Positions 44,088 through 56,944 of a stretch of 64,000 nt of DNA are shown here, in pieces; the stretch's first letter is position 1; each line of letters begins with the position of its first letter. Location: the NCBI RefSeq assembly GCF_009914755.1, contig NC_060926.1, one strand, 5' to 3'. This stretch comes from the human T2T-CHM13v2.0 reference genome, Homo sapiens. The notes under the pieces are model-generated. The model did no database searches and was not told the origin of the DNA. It saw nothing but the letters and a program-made list of their open reading frames with translations. The position numbers were made by a program, and so were the translations under genes.

Positions 44088-44575
44088 TTATCAGTCCGGA
44101 TTCTACCAAAGAAACAGAACCAATGTATGAAGATTATATATATACAAATATGCACATATATGAGTATATATACATATATATCACATATACTCACATATAC
44201 ATATATACTATATATATGCACACATATATAAACACAAATTTATTTCAAGGAATTGGCTTCTGTGGTTGTGAGGACTGGTGAGTCAGAAGTCTGTAGAGCA
44301 GGCCAGCAGGCTGGAACTCTCAGGCAGAAGCTGATGCTGTAATCTTGAGGCGGAGTTTCTTCTTCCTCAGGAAACCTCACTGTTGTTCTGAAGGCCTTTC
44401 AGCTGACTGGATGAAGCCCACCCATATTATTGAACATAATCTCCTTCACTTAAAGTCAACAGATTATAGATATTAGCCACATCTACAAAAGACCTTCACA
44501 ACAACATCTAGAGTAGTGTTTACTGCGTAACTAGTTGCCATCTCCTAGCCAAGTTGGCATAAACTAACCATCATA
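44088..44575 (-). mobile_element. ERVL LTR (MLT2D-like) with internal (TA/CA)n tract
   Basis: ttctaccaaagaaacagaaccaat..atttatttcaaggaattggct..aggcctttcagctgactggatgaagcccaccca..ctagccaagttggcataaactaaccatca. Confidence 0.85.
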
Positions 44576-44899
44576 GGGAGTGAACATAAAAATAAAATAC
44601 AGGCATCTTTGAGGCCAGTCTGAAGCAGCATTTCTTTGAAGTCTTGGTTTTTGGGTTAAATTTTTTTGCATAGTTAACATTTTAGTCTAGAGTATATCCA
44701 TATTTGTTCTTACATATAAATAATGTGGAGGCTTTTTAACCCCCAAAAAAAATCTGTGGATAAAAATGGTGGTTTCAGGAAGGTAGTCCATGTTTATTAG
44801 CCCTCTTTAATTACTCTGGACACTCTGCCTCATTTCTAAAGAGGTATACACACTCCAGGTGAGATGCATAGGCATGGTAGGCAACTTTTGCATCCAGCC

Positions 44900-45328
44900 A
44901 TATGTCCTCAGCTGCCTCAAGTTCCAGCATGGGTTAACAATTCCTATGCAAGTCATTAGGGTCCAGTGACATATCTCCAATTTTCTGCCTTGGCCAATGA
45001 TGCTCTCTCTGCCAGAGCAGTAGGACACTCTGGAAGTGTAGGGCACTGTACTCTTCCAAAGGAGGACAAAGTTGGCTCATAAATGTCCCCCTCCTAGGCA
45101 CAATTTTGAGAGATGGCCTACAAGTTTCCTCAGAGGGTCTCCCAGAGAGATGGAGCCCCAATTGTCCCAGTGTTAAACAACTCAGGAATGCTCTTTTATC
45201 AGGTTTTTCCTCCATTCTTGTCTTGTTCCCCTGTTCCCTCACTTCTGTTTTCTGAGATCATTGCCTAAATAAATTACTTATACTCACATCTTAGGCTCTG
45301 CTTTCAGAGGAAGCCCAGACCAAGCTAA
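44900..45328 (+). mobile_element. ERVL LTR (LTR16-like)
   Basis: 3' end ttctgagatcattgcctaaataaattacttatactc..aggctctgctttcagaggaagcccagaccaag. Confidence 0.65.
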
Positions 45329-45699
45329 TAGGCACATTATTATGTCATCTGAGCCTTTAAGGCAGTGGGATTACAAGAGTTTAAAAATTTCCCAAAAAAC
45401 CGACAGTGTCATCACAGCCAACTTACTGCTTCTCATGCAGAATCACTATTGCAGTTAATAGAAACAGAAACCCAAAGTCAAGTTTGATGGCCTTGACTTT
45501 TTCTTGAGATCATGAATGATGAATAAACCTTTGCTCACGCCACACTTCTAGGCAAGCTGATCCTTCTGTCACCACAACTTCAACCGATCTACTCCACCCA
45601 CATTCATGCTGCCACCATATCCACCTATCAAACTGCCAATCATCCTGACATTGTCTTCTGTCTTATAGTTCCTGATCCAATAGAAAAGATAAGACCAGA

Positions 45700-45845
45700 A
45701 GACAATAAGCTGTAGGGGGACAGGGACTGGGTCTCATTCTCCTTTTTCTCCCCTCACTCAAATATTTCTCTCCTCAACACTCCCAAGAGCCTACCACCAT
45801 GCACACAGTAAATACTCAATAAATATATATGGAATAAATAGATAC
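45700..45845 (+). mobile_element. L2 3' end
   Basis: taagctgtagggggacagggactgggtct..cacagtaaatactcaataaatatatatggaataaata. Confidence 0.65.
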
Positions 45846-46189
45846 ATTGGAATGGAACAAATTGCATTGTAAGTATCTTGCTTGCTCCATTCAATATGAA
45901 TGATTACTATTTTTCTCTTTATACAGCTTCCACCTCATAGGGTCATAGAATACTGAAAAAGCCTTTTTTATAGCACAATGTATTAACAATCTATAAAATA
46001 ATGTTTTTATCTATAATAATATAGGCATGGCAGCAATTCATATGCTCTATATTATGGACAGAATTCCCACTTGCAATAAAGTTTATAATTTTAATTAACT
46101 TTTTTGTATGACACTGTACTAGATGCTTCGAGTATTTTTATCAAGAGACTGACATGAGGAGAATAGAAGGCTAATTTAGTTGTGGTGGC

Positions 46190-46560
46190 ATATAGGATAG
46201 ATTGTAGAGTGAAATGTCTTCAGGCTAGGAGACTTTAGCATTATTGTAAAAGTCCAAGAATGAAGGAGGATGGTGACAGTAAAACTGGAGAGGGGGAATG
46301 GATTAAAAGACATCACAATAGGAGAAAGAAAAGATTCAGGTTAATCAGATGCTACGAGAAAAAACTGCAGCATTTAAGACTGGATGAATGAGAGAATGAT
46401 GACACCTTAATGAGGCTAGAGAAGGAGTTGGGGTAGAAGGTATTCTGATGAGTTAGTTTTACATTCATTAAGTCAGAAGTTATGGAAACACTCAAGATGG
46501 CAATGTCCGTTCAGCGGTTGAAAATGTGGTAATGACACTCAGAAGTCATGACTAGAGATT
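46190..46560 (-). mobile_element. L2 fragment (degenerate)
   Basis: Purine-rich L2-like sequence (ggctaggagact..gtccaagaatga..gatgagttagtttt..gttcagcggttgaaaatgtgg). Confidence 0.45.
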
Positions 46561-46912
46561 CAGATGTAGACACTGCAGCTTAATAGGCATCAGCAAAATC
46601 CTGTTTCCATCCAATCCTGGGCTGTCTGTGTCTGTGTGATTAGATGGCTTATTTTCAGAGCCTCCCCCAAAAAGACGGTTCCTACAGCCTATGTTCTGAC
46701 TTTTACCCGAGTGACATTTTACTTCCATAACCTGGAAGAGGTTTTTTAAAATCAGATAGAGAGAAGCTGTTCTCTTCAAAACAGCCATGCCTGAAGAGTT
46801 ACCACTGTTTCTCATCTCCAGATTGCTAGAGGTCTACCTTCCTCAGCAAGTCTACATCAGCACACTGATGCAATTCATGCACAATCTTCATCTGTATTCT
46901 AACCTGAGGGGG

Positions 46913-47330
46913 TTCATTAAGTTGGGTCAATAGATATTTATTGAGCATATAATATGGTCCAGGAACTGTGCTCACATAGAGGAAATAAAAATGATTAAGA
47001 TATACTGTCTGCCCTGAAGGAACTATGAGTCTGTTTGGAAAACGTATAAACAAGTAGACAAGACAGTATGTAAGATAAAGGAAGAAAAGATCTACTCTGC
47101 GTTGAGGGTTCAGGGAAGGTATATAGAAAAGAGGTGCCTGGAAGGACATCTCACAGACCACCAGGTAGAAAATGTGAAAAGAAACAGGACTTCCAGGCAG
47201 GAGGAATATTATGTGGGAGGCACAGGGGCTGTGAACCGCATGGTCTATTAAAAGACCTGAAAGAAGTTCAGCTGGACATTGGCTGGTGCAAAGGACGTGA
47301 GGCAGAAAATGACTGGACATGAAACTCAAG
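46913..47330 (-). mobile_element. L2 3' portion
   Basis: caatagatatttattgagcatataatatggtccaggaactgtgct..ctgccctgaaggaact..ttccaggcaggaggaa. Confidence 0.7.
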
Positions 47331-47644
47331 AATAAGGACCAGAGATCTTAGACCTCGTTTGGTGGGGTTTTTGAATTACAGGGCACCGACTATGTACAGT
47401 TGAGGCCCATCATAAATAAATCTCACATCACTCAACATGGCATAAGCTTGGATCATTGAAGACTATTTCTATTCACTGAAGGTTTTTGTGAACCTTCTGA
47501 CCACAGGCCACTCTCCCAGACTCAGCCCTTGGAATGGGGATCACAGTAATTTTTTTTTTTGTTCATCTAAACTGCTTTTCCTCCCAATCAAGATCTCATT
47601 AATTCCCATTCTATCTATCCTATGCCCTTTAGACTCCTATCATA

Positions 47645-48090
47645 TGTTGTAATTATTTACTTGCAAGTAACAGAAATGTATTCAGACAAGTTTAAATCAA
47701 AAAGTTGAGTTTAACATAGGGTACATGAATGTCTTACAGAAACTCAAGACAGGGGCACATCTTGGCCTCAAAAGAGAGTGGATTCAGGAACCAGAAGAAC
47801 ATTCAAGAGCATCTCTTCATCTCTTATCTCTGCTTCCATCTGCAAGTCACAGAGACCAAAGAATAAAGCTAAAAGGCATGCTCTGCATCTTTGGTGTGCA
47901 TGGCAGAGAAGAAATACCCACCACACAGCAAGGAAGCTTTCAATGATCCAGCCCCCACATAGGAATCTGACTGTTTTCAATCATTCTCAATTCCAAATCT
48001 ACAGGGAAAGGACTCTGGTCCAGCTCAGGTTAGGGGAATACCCTTGGACAATTCCATGTGCCCAGGGAGCAGAGTCACCTTGTCAGGAGT
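47645..48090 (-). mobile_element. Old MaLR LTR (MLT1-like), degenerate
   Basis: ttgcaagtaacagaaatgtattcagacaagtttaaatcaaaaag..gggaaaggactctggtccagctcaggt. Confidence 0.5.
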
Positions 48091-48617
48091 GTCCCCACGG
48101 GTCAAACCACTGGGGCTGGTTGGACCAGTTGAGGGTGTTTTAGGCTGTGCAAATCCTCTATGGAGGTATCCACGACAGGTTGCAATCCCAACAGCACCAT
48201 CACCTGAGCAGCTAATTCAGGGAGGATTCCCCAGACTTTAACCCAACAAATCTTTAACTGGCCTTCTCCTGGTTCTGGAGAATGTCCTAATTTTCTTTAG
48301 CTGGACGTTTCATATTAATCACCATACCAGTATTCTTTCTCTAGCCTTCAACCTGGTTTCTCCAACTAACTCTGATCTTTAAACTATGCTTTGGGCCCCT
48401 ACCCTATACTTCTCTCACCTTCTCCAGCACAGAAGTCTCATCTTCCTATCATGGATCCACTCAATCCAGCTGATGTGCATCTTTCATCCTAGATAACAGA
48501 TTAGGATGTCATAGAAACCTTTTGCATTTATTCACCCATCAATGCCACTGCTTCCAAGAGTCTGATAAAATTCAAGTTAATAAAGGTTTGGGGTGAAGGG
48601 CTATTTTACACAGACTA

Positions 48618-48803
48618 CAAGCAGTTCTCACTTTGCATGGTTCTATGTTAACTGAATTGTGTGCATATTGGCACTGTGTCCTCTCTTTTGCACAATTCCA
48701 TGGTAACAATCTCAGCTGCCACTGAACCATGTAAAATGATGACACAGTTCTGCTACGCACACAATTCAGTCGACATGGTACCATGGAAAGTGAGAACTGC
48801 CTG
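48618..48803. mobile_element. TcMar/Tigger-type MITE, near-palindromic, 186 bp
   Basis: TA TSD on both sides; TIRs caagcagttctcactttgcatggt / accatggaaagtgagaactgcctg. Confidence 0.85.
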
Positions 48804-50029
48804 TATTCTGATTTGATTAATAGTCTCATGGCAAAAGATTATTCCATATAATGGTACATACAACACACCAAGGGTTTCCCTGTTCTGTTCAACTCCCTCC
48901 TTGAGTCTTAGAGCTTTCTTCAGCATCAGAAATTAGAGAGGTTGATAAGTGGCAGGGCTGGGACATATCTCAGGCTACCTTTCCTTGCTCACTTATCCTG
49001 TCAATTTTCATTGTTACCCTCTTATTGTCATCAAGTTTATGGGAGAAAAAGATGGCATCATATTACGGCATAATTAGGATAATAAACGGGAGCTGTGGTT
49101 TGTTTTTGGACTGATTCCACTTGGGTAGCACACATAATCACCTCTAGCTGACTGCTTGATGATTGACTTTGACAAAGTGGTATTATTTACTGCTAATGGA
49201 TGAGATAATGATTTATTACTAATTGCTCTCTTTTTCCACAATTTTTATATTATGTTAAATGAAGGATTACAGTTGGGGTAATAAATATTCACTGGAAAAA
49301 AATGTCTAGCAGCAGAGTTCATGAAACTAGACCCTAAAGAGAGGAGCCATTTCAATACTCAAGACCAGACTTTAGAAAAAACTGTAAACTAAATAGCATA
49401 TCACTATTTCTCTCTCCCACCTCTTCTGCCAACTGCTACTTCGTGCCTTCAGGAGTTTCTACCCCACTCCAAGTTCTTAAATTACCTCCCTCCACCTACC
49501 CTATGTTTCATTCATCCTCTCTCCCGATAAGATCTTAGTGAAAACTCAGGTCAAAGAGCTTAACTTGTAACACAGCACCTCCCCTGAGTAATTTTGGAGT
49601 TCAAGAGTCTTCTGGAGAAAAAAGGAGAAGAAAACAAAGCTCTTTCTAGATGAGAACTGAAGATGGGATTAAGATTCATTTCTTTCCAGAAACATGAGTA
49701 TGTAGAGAAAGATTTAGGGTAATAGAGGTGAAGGTAATTAGATATAAATGGGGGGCCTTAACTCTTATAAACAGTGGTGAAAGCTCTGGGGCAAGATGGG
49801 GGCTGTATTAACCAGTTAATTGCACCCCTTGTGGAAGAGGGACAGATGCAGGCCAGAGTGCTCCTAACTGGAGTGGGACTTGACAAGCTGATGTGAAATG
49901 TGAAAGAATGCAAGTGCTGATACTGGATTTAGAAGAAGGGTGTGGATAGAGAATGGTACTCATTAACCAAACCCTTGAATACAAGGTTAGGAGAGGGAAT
50001 CTGAGATTAAGCTAAGCTGAACAAGAAAC

Positions 50030-50145
50030 AGACTGAAAGCCCCTTGAGGCCAGGAACCACCTTTTTACACTTCTTTATAATCTCCACAATGCCTAGCACA
50101 GTGCCCGAAGCATAGAGAATACCCTGAAACTGTTTGTTGACTGCT
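50030..50145 (+). mobile_element. L2 3' end
   Basis: gactgaaagccccttgaggccaggaacc..aatgcctagcacagtgcc..tgtttgttgactg. Confidence 0.7.
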
Positions 50146-50769
50146 TTTTGGCAGACAGACTAAAGCAGTAAAAAGCAACATTCTCTCCATGCAGATCAAT
50201 TAATAACTATTTTTTTTTTAAGTTTCCAGACCACATTTGTAATAGATGCTATATACTTTTATTATCAGGAGATGCAATATCATCGACTTAAGCCTTATTC
50301 TTTTATCTGCCTTTCACTCGAGGTTTTCATCACAGGCTAAAATTTTATATATTTTATAATTATCATACACAGCAGTATCTGATTTTAATGTTGTACCCTT
50401 GATCAAATTTTATTGTTGAGTAAGTTGCTTTTGAAGATGGTTTATGTTATTTTTCCTTGACTGAACTTGCAGATCTCTTATTGCTAAATGTGATTTCTTT
50501 TAGCATCTTAATATTATATATTTTGATTTGAATTCTATTTCAGATTCCAAATCTGAAATACATGAATTGCTTTATTAAGCAATATAATGTAAAATGAATT
50601 TAATAATGTTTTAAATTTTATGGAAAGTTTATGTGCCATTACTGGGTTGTCAGCAGAAGGGGCCACCCATCCCCATCCCAGTCCTTAGGATTCACCCAGA
50701 CAAGCCTGGACTCCAGCAGTAGACATAGTGGTAGAGCACAGACATTGCCATGGTCCACATGTACAACAG

Positions 50770-51310
50770 AGCTGAAGAAGTGATATGTGACTTGGATCCT
50801 GAAGGATGAGTAGGAGTTAACCTGGCAAAGAAGAGAAGGTAGAATATTCTAGATAGAAAATAAACTGCTTTTCAAGGCAGAAAGGCTCACAGAAGACAGA
50901 GTGGGGAATAATGAAAAGGTCAGTATAACAAGAATGTAGGGTGAGTGAGAATACAAAGGAAGAAAATTTGGCTAATGAAATTATTTAGAGCTAAACCGTG
51001 CTAAGAATTTACATGGACAAATTTTAACCTATGGGCAACTGAAGGCTCTGAGCCATAAGAAGGAAAGTAATATGTTTATATCAGTATTTTAGAAAACTAA
51101 CAGTAACACAATATAGAGGATAGAGTTGAAAAAGAAGGCGCTGAAGAGACCAGTTGGGAGTTATCCTACTGAAAAAGGAGGTATAGTATCCAGAGATAAG
51201 TGGATGGTCTCCAGGAATAATTCAGGAGTAGACTCAACATGACTTATAACTTATGAGATACATGAGCAAGACAGAAAGAAATGACCCCAACATTTCTAAT
51301 TCAACCCTGA
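50770..51310 (-). mobile_element. L2 fragment
   Basis: tcctgaaggatgagtaggagttaacctggcaaagaag..attctagatagaaa.. Confidence 0.55.
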
Positions 51311-51429
51311 GCATATATGAGAAATTTTATGTTAAAGTGTTCTATATTTTTTAAAACTTTTGCTCTTTCAGACTTTGTCTTCTAAAGAACTTTGGGCTAA
51401 ATGGAGTAAAGAACACCATAAAGGAGAAA

Positions 51430-51640
51430 AATTGACATCGTTTGAGCACCTACTAAGCGTCGGCTTTAAGCTAAACACTCATATTTATTCCTCACAAAGG
51501 CCCTGTGAAGATTATCACTGTTTTTGTATGGATTGAGAAACTGATGACGCACAGAAAAAAAGTAACAACCTGCCCAAGGTCACACAGCTGACAAATGGCA
51601 GACCCAAAAAATTCAAACTCAGGACTTTTGGCTTTGAAAC
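51430..51640 (-). mobile_element. MIR SINE
   Basis: ttgagcacctactaag..tcctcacaaaggccctgtgaag..gagaaactga..cctgcccaaggtcacacagct..ttcaaactcagg. Confidence 0.8.
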
Positions 51641-52757
51641 AAATATTTGTTTCATTGTCTAATGTTGCCTCGCAGTAGAATAAAATATATGCTCATAAAA
51701 CTCCATATTTTTGCCAGTAATTTCATCAATAAGAATTCAAAAGGGCTTTGAATTTCCACCCTGGAAATAATAAGGAAAAGGAATTAAGAAGTCATTCTGA
51801 AATTCTGAGCACACACAAAACTCTAACGCCTCAAGTTCCATTAGCAGCTTTAAAACTGGCTGGTGGAGCAGACATTAGAATTGCTTTGCATTGGTTTATT
51901 TGTATTCCCCGGTAGTGTTATTAGTGGCAATAAGAATTACTTGCAAGCAAAATGTACCACTTGTAATGCAGATTCACATTTAGTCAGGAAAAGACTATTT
52001 AAAAAATTCCAAAAGACTAAGTACATTTTAAAATAATTTGCACAGAAGGATTTCTAACAGGATATAGATTGGTTGGTTAGTTGGTTGACTAGATTAAGAT
52101 ATACCACCAGGTTCTTCCAGGATGGTACAATGAGGATTTAATGCAGAAGAAATGGTTGATTTTACTGGTTGAATGATTGATCAGCACAACTGAACCTTAG
52201 TGATTGAAAATGTAAAGTGGCACTGGTGTTCCTATACCAACTCTTCTTCACTGATATGAACCCAGGACCAAAAGATTTTATCCGTTCATTTAATAAATAT
52301 GTATTTAGTGACATATATGTGCCAGTCAGGTTTTGTGTGCTGGACATATAGACAGCAGAGAGCAAGACAGTCAGGCATGGAGTTTACATTACACAGATGG
52401 CGAGTAGGGGCAGAGTAGACAATAACCGAGTTAAAAAGCACAGATAATTCCAGATAGTTGATTCATGTTGTAAAGACAACTAAACCTGGTGATGTGTCTG
52501 TATTGCATAGTCAGGAAGGGCTCCTGAGGGGATGGCATTTGAACTGAGGCTTGAGTGTTAAAGAGAAATACCCAGGCAAAGGTCTGGGAACAATAACTTT
52601 CCAGGCAGAAGGGAGAGAACACAAAAGTCCTAAGTCAAGGATGAGTCTGAGGTTACAGAAGGAAGGAGGCCAGTGTGACTGGACCATAGCCAGGGAAAGG
52701 GGTTGCGAGGAGGTTAGAAAGGAGGGCAAGGGCAAGTCATGGGGGGCTGGAAGACCA

Positions 52758-53704
52758 TGTGCAGCAGGATGGCTAGCTGGCTGGCCACCAAGGATTCAGA
52801 CTGCCCTCCATAGCGCTTTTCACTGCCTAGAGAGCATCTCCCTGACAGAGACTACATTTCTCACTCCCCCCACTAGCTTCTAGGGAAGTTCATGTGACTC
52901 TTAACTGAAATTAAGGCTGTTGAGACAGAAATAATTTGTGAGGGTCCCCCCGGGAAGACAGGCCAACAAAGTTGTGTGTGTGCCAGAGGCTGCTACAAGC
53001 TGGAAGGCTTTTATGGGAAAGTTTAGAAGAAGGGAGGAGGACTCCTTATACCAGAGTTGTCCTGTTCAGTGGAGGCTACAATACAGAGGTTACAATCATT
53101 GGCTGCAGGTGACATCATACAGGCTAAAATGTGCTACGTGCAAGACAATCAGTAAAACTTCATGATTCAGAAACAAATCAGCAAAACTTCGTGATTCAGA
53201 AACACATCAGCATCCTTTTCACTGTCAGTAGGATACGTATTAATCAGTGTGTTAACAGTTTGAAGAACTCACAATAAGATTCTTCACTCAGGACAGGATA
53301 TACTCCATGAATCATAAGACCTCCCCCGGGGTGGGGTGGTAATTTGGAAGCCTGCCAAATGTGGCCTGTAGGTTATCATGACCAGTTCTCATCTGTGGAA
53401 TGTGAGTTGCTGTAATGGGGTCATATTAATGTTACAGCAGTTAAAAAATGGGTGTGCCTTTTCCATTCTCTCTTCCTCCATCTGCCAGCTGGATGTAGAA
53501 GGCTCTGAGGCCATAGCAGACGACACGATCACAAGAAGAAAAAACCTGGGTCCCTGAATCACCATGTGGAGGAAAATTGCTCAAAACCAGGGACACGTGC
53601 ACCAAACTATTACCTGAGCCAGGGATATGTTTTCATGTGTGAAGGAAGCACTGAACATTAGAGTTGTATTCACCACCACAGCCAGTATCACCTTAACTAA
53701 CATG
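52758..53704 (+). mobile_element. MaLR LTR (MLT1I/J-like), split by an ERV1 LTR
   Basis: gactacatttctc..catgtgac|cagttctc..tggaatgtgag..cctgggtccctgaatcaccatgtggagga..accttaactaac. Confidence 0.7.
52899..53378 (-). mobile_element. ERV1-class solo LTR (family not assigned)
   Basis: 480 bp; the minus strand starts TGATAACC; 4-bp TSD tgac at 52895-52898 and 53379-53382; internal 29-bp tandem repeat. Confidence 0.75.
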
Positions 53705-54242
53705 CCACAATAAGGAACTTGGATTTTATTCTAAGTGCAAGCAAATGCCACTGGAAGGTTTTAGGGAGAGGAGGAAAGTGAAGTGGTTTAGGTGTTGAAA
53801 GACCACTGTGGTTGCTATGCAGAGCCTAGGGGCAAAAGAAGCTGAGAGAACACTGAAGCGGTTTCTGCCTTAATCCATGGAAGGACTGGCAGATTGGTGA
53901 AACAGAGGAGGTGGAGAGGAATGAAGTAATCTGAGATCAACTTTGAAAGCTGAGCCAAGGATTTTCTAGCTGATTGGATGTCAAAGGTGAGGGAAAGAAA
54001 AGAGTCATAGGAGACTCCTGGTTTGTGGCTTGGTGTCATTTCATCTGGTAGGAAAGCCTGAGGAGCAGACTCAAGGGAGATATTCTGAGTTTAGTTTTGG
54101 TGGTGTTATGCTCACTGTTCATAAGAAACCTTAATCTATTATCTAGTGGTTGTGCAAATATATATATGTAAACACATACACATATATATAGCCTAAGAGA
54201 AACATCTAGTAACTTCTTTTACAACCAGTGAAGACAGAATAC

Positions 54243-54609
54243 TACACCATGGAATACTATGCAGCCATAAAAAATGATGAGTTCATGTCCTTAGTAGGGA
54301 CATGGATGAAACTGGAAATCATCATTCTCAGTAAACTATCGCAAGAACAAAAAACCAAACACCACATATTCTCACTCATAGGTGGGAACTGAACAATGAG
54401 ATCACATGGACACAGGAAGGGGAATATTACACTCTGGTGACTGTTGTGGGGTGGGGGGAGGGGGGAGGGATAGCATCGGGAGATATACCTAATGCTAGAT
54501 GACGAGTTAGTGGGTGCAGCGCACCAGCATGGCACATGTATACATATGTAACTAACCTGCACAATGTGCACATGTACCCTAAAACTTAAAGTATAATTAA
54601 AAAAAAAAA
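54243..54609 (+). mobile_element. Young 5'-truncated LINE-1 (L1PA2-like) 3' end
   Basis: gagatcacatgg, gctagatgacGAGttagtggg, gcacaatgtgc and cttaAagtat diagnostic positions; G-rich 3'UTR tract; poly(A). Confidence 0.9.
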
Positions 54610-56944
54610 GAACACGCACATAATTAAAGTCACTGATCATTAGCTTTTCATTACTAAAAGTATAGCAACATTAAATAACAAAATTAAAGGCTGAATGAAT
54701 TGTATGATGAATCTGTGAATGACGAAGTTCTGTGTCTAACAACACTGTTGTCAGTGCAAATATTGAATCAGATATATTTTAAAAACCAGTTACCATTCTT
54801 TAAGCTTCCTTTTCAACTCACACCGACATGAATGTATATTATCCAAATGTGGCAAACTATTCGAGGCTTGAAGGACTTTAAAGATTACCCAGTGAAATCT
54901 TCTCAATTTAAAAATTATACAACCAAGTCCCATATAAAAATGCTTTGTCTAAGGTTACAAACCTGAGCAGTTCACCTGATATGAAGCTCTGTGCGAGTTA
55001 ATCCAATTCTCAGCATTAAGATATCTCAAAAACATATGAGAAATCAGAATCGCTTAAGCCAAGAATTGCACACAATATGATTCTCTTTATAGCAGGTTTT
55101 CTTCACTAAAGAATATTTCAATGTAAATATTAACTGTTCAACCAAAAGAGGTGTCAACATGAAGAATACTGAACTCAAATATTATTCAACAAGTCTACAC
55201 TCTAATATTTACCTATCTAATTTTGTAATCATATGTTTTGAATTTGGTGGTAAAAGGTATGATATTAGAATAAGAAAGGAATAAACATCTGGGCTTTGGA
55301 AATGCCTTGCTTCACCTATAAGGATCACGCAGAAGAATCTGGAAAAAACATTGAAGGAATGTGTGTAGTTATACTTTATTTTTCACTAAGGGAACATGAG
55401 ACATTTAGTGCCACAAATTGTTTTTGTATCATGACATGGTGTTAACTGAGACTTCATCTGACATCTCCAAGACTAAAACCAGAAGAGTTACATGTCCCAT
55501 ATTTCAAAGACCCTCCTTGCAGGACTAGCGAGGTAAGAAGTGGCCCGAACTGGTCTGGGAATCTTAGCCCATCATTCACAGCCTGCTGCACACAAGAGAG
55601 AAGATTCTTCAGAGAAATTCATGGGAGTGGGTTTTCCAGTCTCCATTTCCATGGAAAAGGAAAGGAGGGTGGTCTGCCTCCCCCAATTCCCCACAAACCC
55701 TCCCAGTCAAGTGGAAGGGGCTTCAACACAACCCCTTGCATTGGAGAGACCAGCATCTTAGTCCACTAGGAAATGATCTTAGGAGATGGAGCAAGAAAGA
55801 GTCCTTGAGAGAACCTGGACTGCCCTCCAAGATAATAACTGTCCCTGGAGAATAAATGAGCTGAAAAGACAATAGAGTGAGTCAACTGCACCTCTATCAG
55901 CCCAAGGCAGGATGAAGATTTTCTGGGCCATGTGATGCCACTAGGGGTACCCATTCTAGGGGCCTCTTGACAGGAATCAGGATCAGGGACCCCCCAGCAA
56001 AGGAAAGTTCAGTGGAGTATATGAATGGAGCAAAGAACTGAGAGGGTGTCACAAGAGGTCAGCCAGAGAACACACTCCCCTATGCAGGACAGAGTCCCCT
56101 GTGTCGGGGGTTCTGGTGGGGAGGGTCCCCAATTACCTACAAAATACACCAACTAAAGAAATTCGGCAATGGGGCATTTGCCACACAGGGAACTCTGACA
56201 CCGTTGTATGAGTAGCAGCCAAATTAGAAACTCGGTCACCGTCTACCCCTCCTCCCTTTTTGACAGCCCAACTCTGTAAGAGTCTGAGAGCAACCTGCTG
56301 ATGTGGGGCTGAGAATGAAAGAGCCAAGTGGAGAACCAAAAAAGGGAATCAGGCCATGCTTCGTTGCCTGTCTACAGCCCTGAGGAGTCACATTTCCTCT
56401 GAGAGACCCTGGGACAAAGTGGAGAAGGGGGTGTGTTGGGGAAGGAGCTTCCATTAAATGGAAGATTTAAGTTTTTACATTAGATTGGGTTGTGCTATTT
56501 TATTTTATACTTGAAAATGAGCCTGTTTGTTAACACGTTGAAATTGACTGAAAGACTGTGCGGTTTGTGCAAGTTGTCACCAAGGAGGCAAAGAAAGGAA
56601 ATCTGATCAAGTATAATAATTAAGGCCAGACGTGGAAGAAGGATAAAAGTTGTTTCTTAGTTAAACTCCACCCTCAATAAACCAGTTAGAGTTGTAGTAA
56701 TGAAAAGCCACCGGTGAGATGCTGAGTTAAGATAGGAATACAGTCATGTCACAGCTCATACATCCAAAATTCCTTTCCAGTCAAAATCCAGCTACAGTGT
56801 ATCTGTAACTAGGTGAAATGAGTTTATAAGAGGCCTGAGAATGTTTTCTAAACAATTTACATATGAATTTAACAAATAAATTTGAGGAATTTTTTAAGGG
56901 AAAGCAAATTAATGCAAATGAAACTAAGACCAGAAAGCTGATAT

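Larger units (their letters stand above)
52280..54120 (-). mobile_element. L2 (L2a-like) 3' portion, split by nested LTRs (own sequence ~52280-52758 and ~53705-54120)
   Basis: ttcatttaataaatatgtatttagtgac..tcaggaagggctcctgagg..tttgaactgaggcttga; resumes at taaggaacttggattttattctaagtgcaa..ccactggaaggttttag. Confidence 0.8.

Noticed and set aside
46826-47329. 167-aa minus-strand ORF
   Set aside because: Lies over an L2 relic; no recognisable protein features.
53147-53212. Direct repeats resembling a CRISPR array (also 36594-36661)
   Set aside because: No spacers, only two or three units, eukaryotic transposon context.
54447-54469. G-quadruplex-forming G tract
   Set aside because: Standard feature of the L1 3'UTR.
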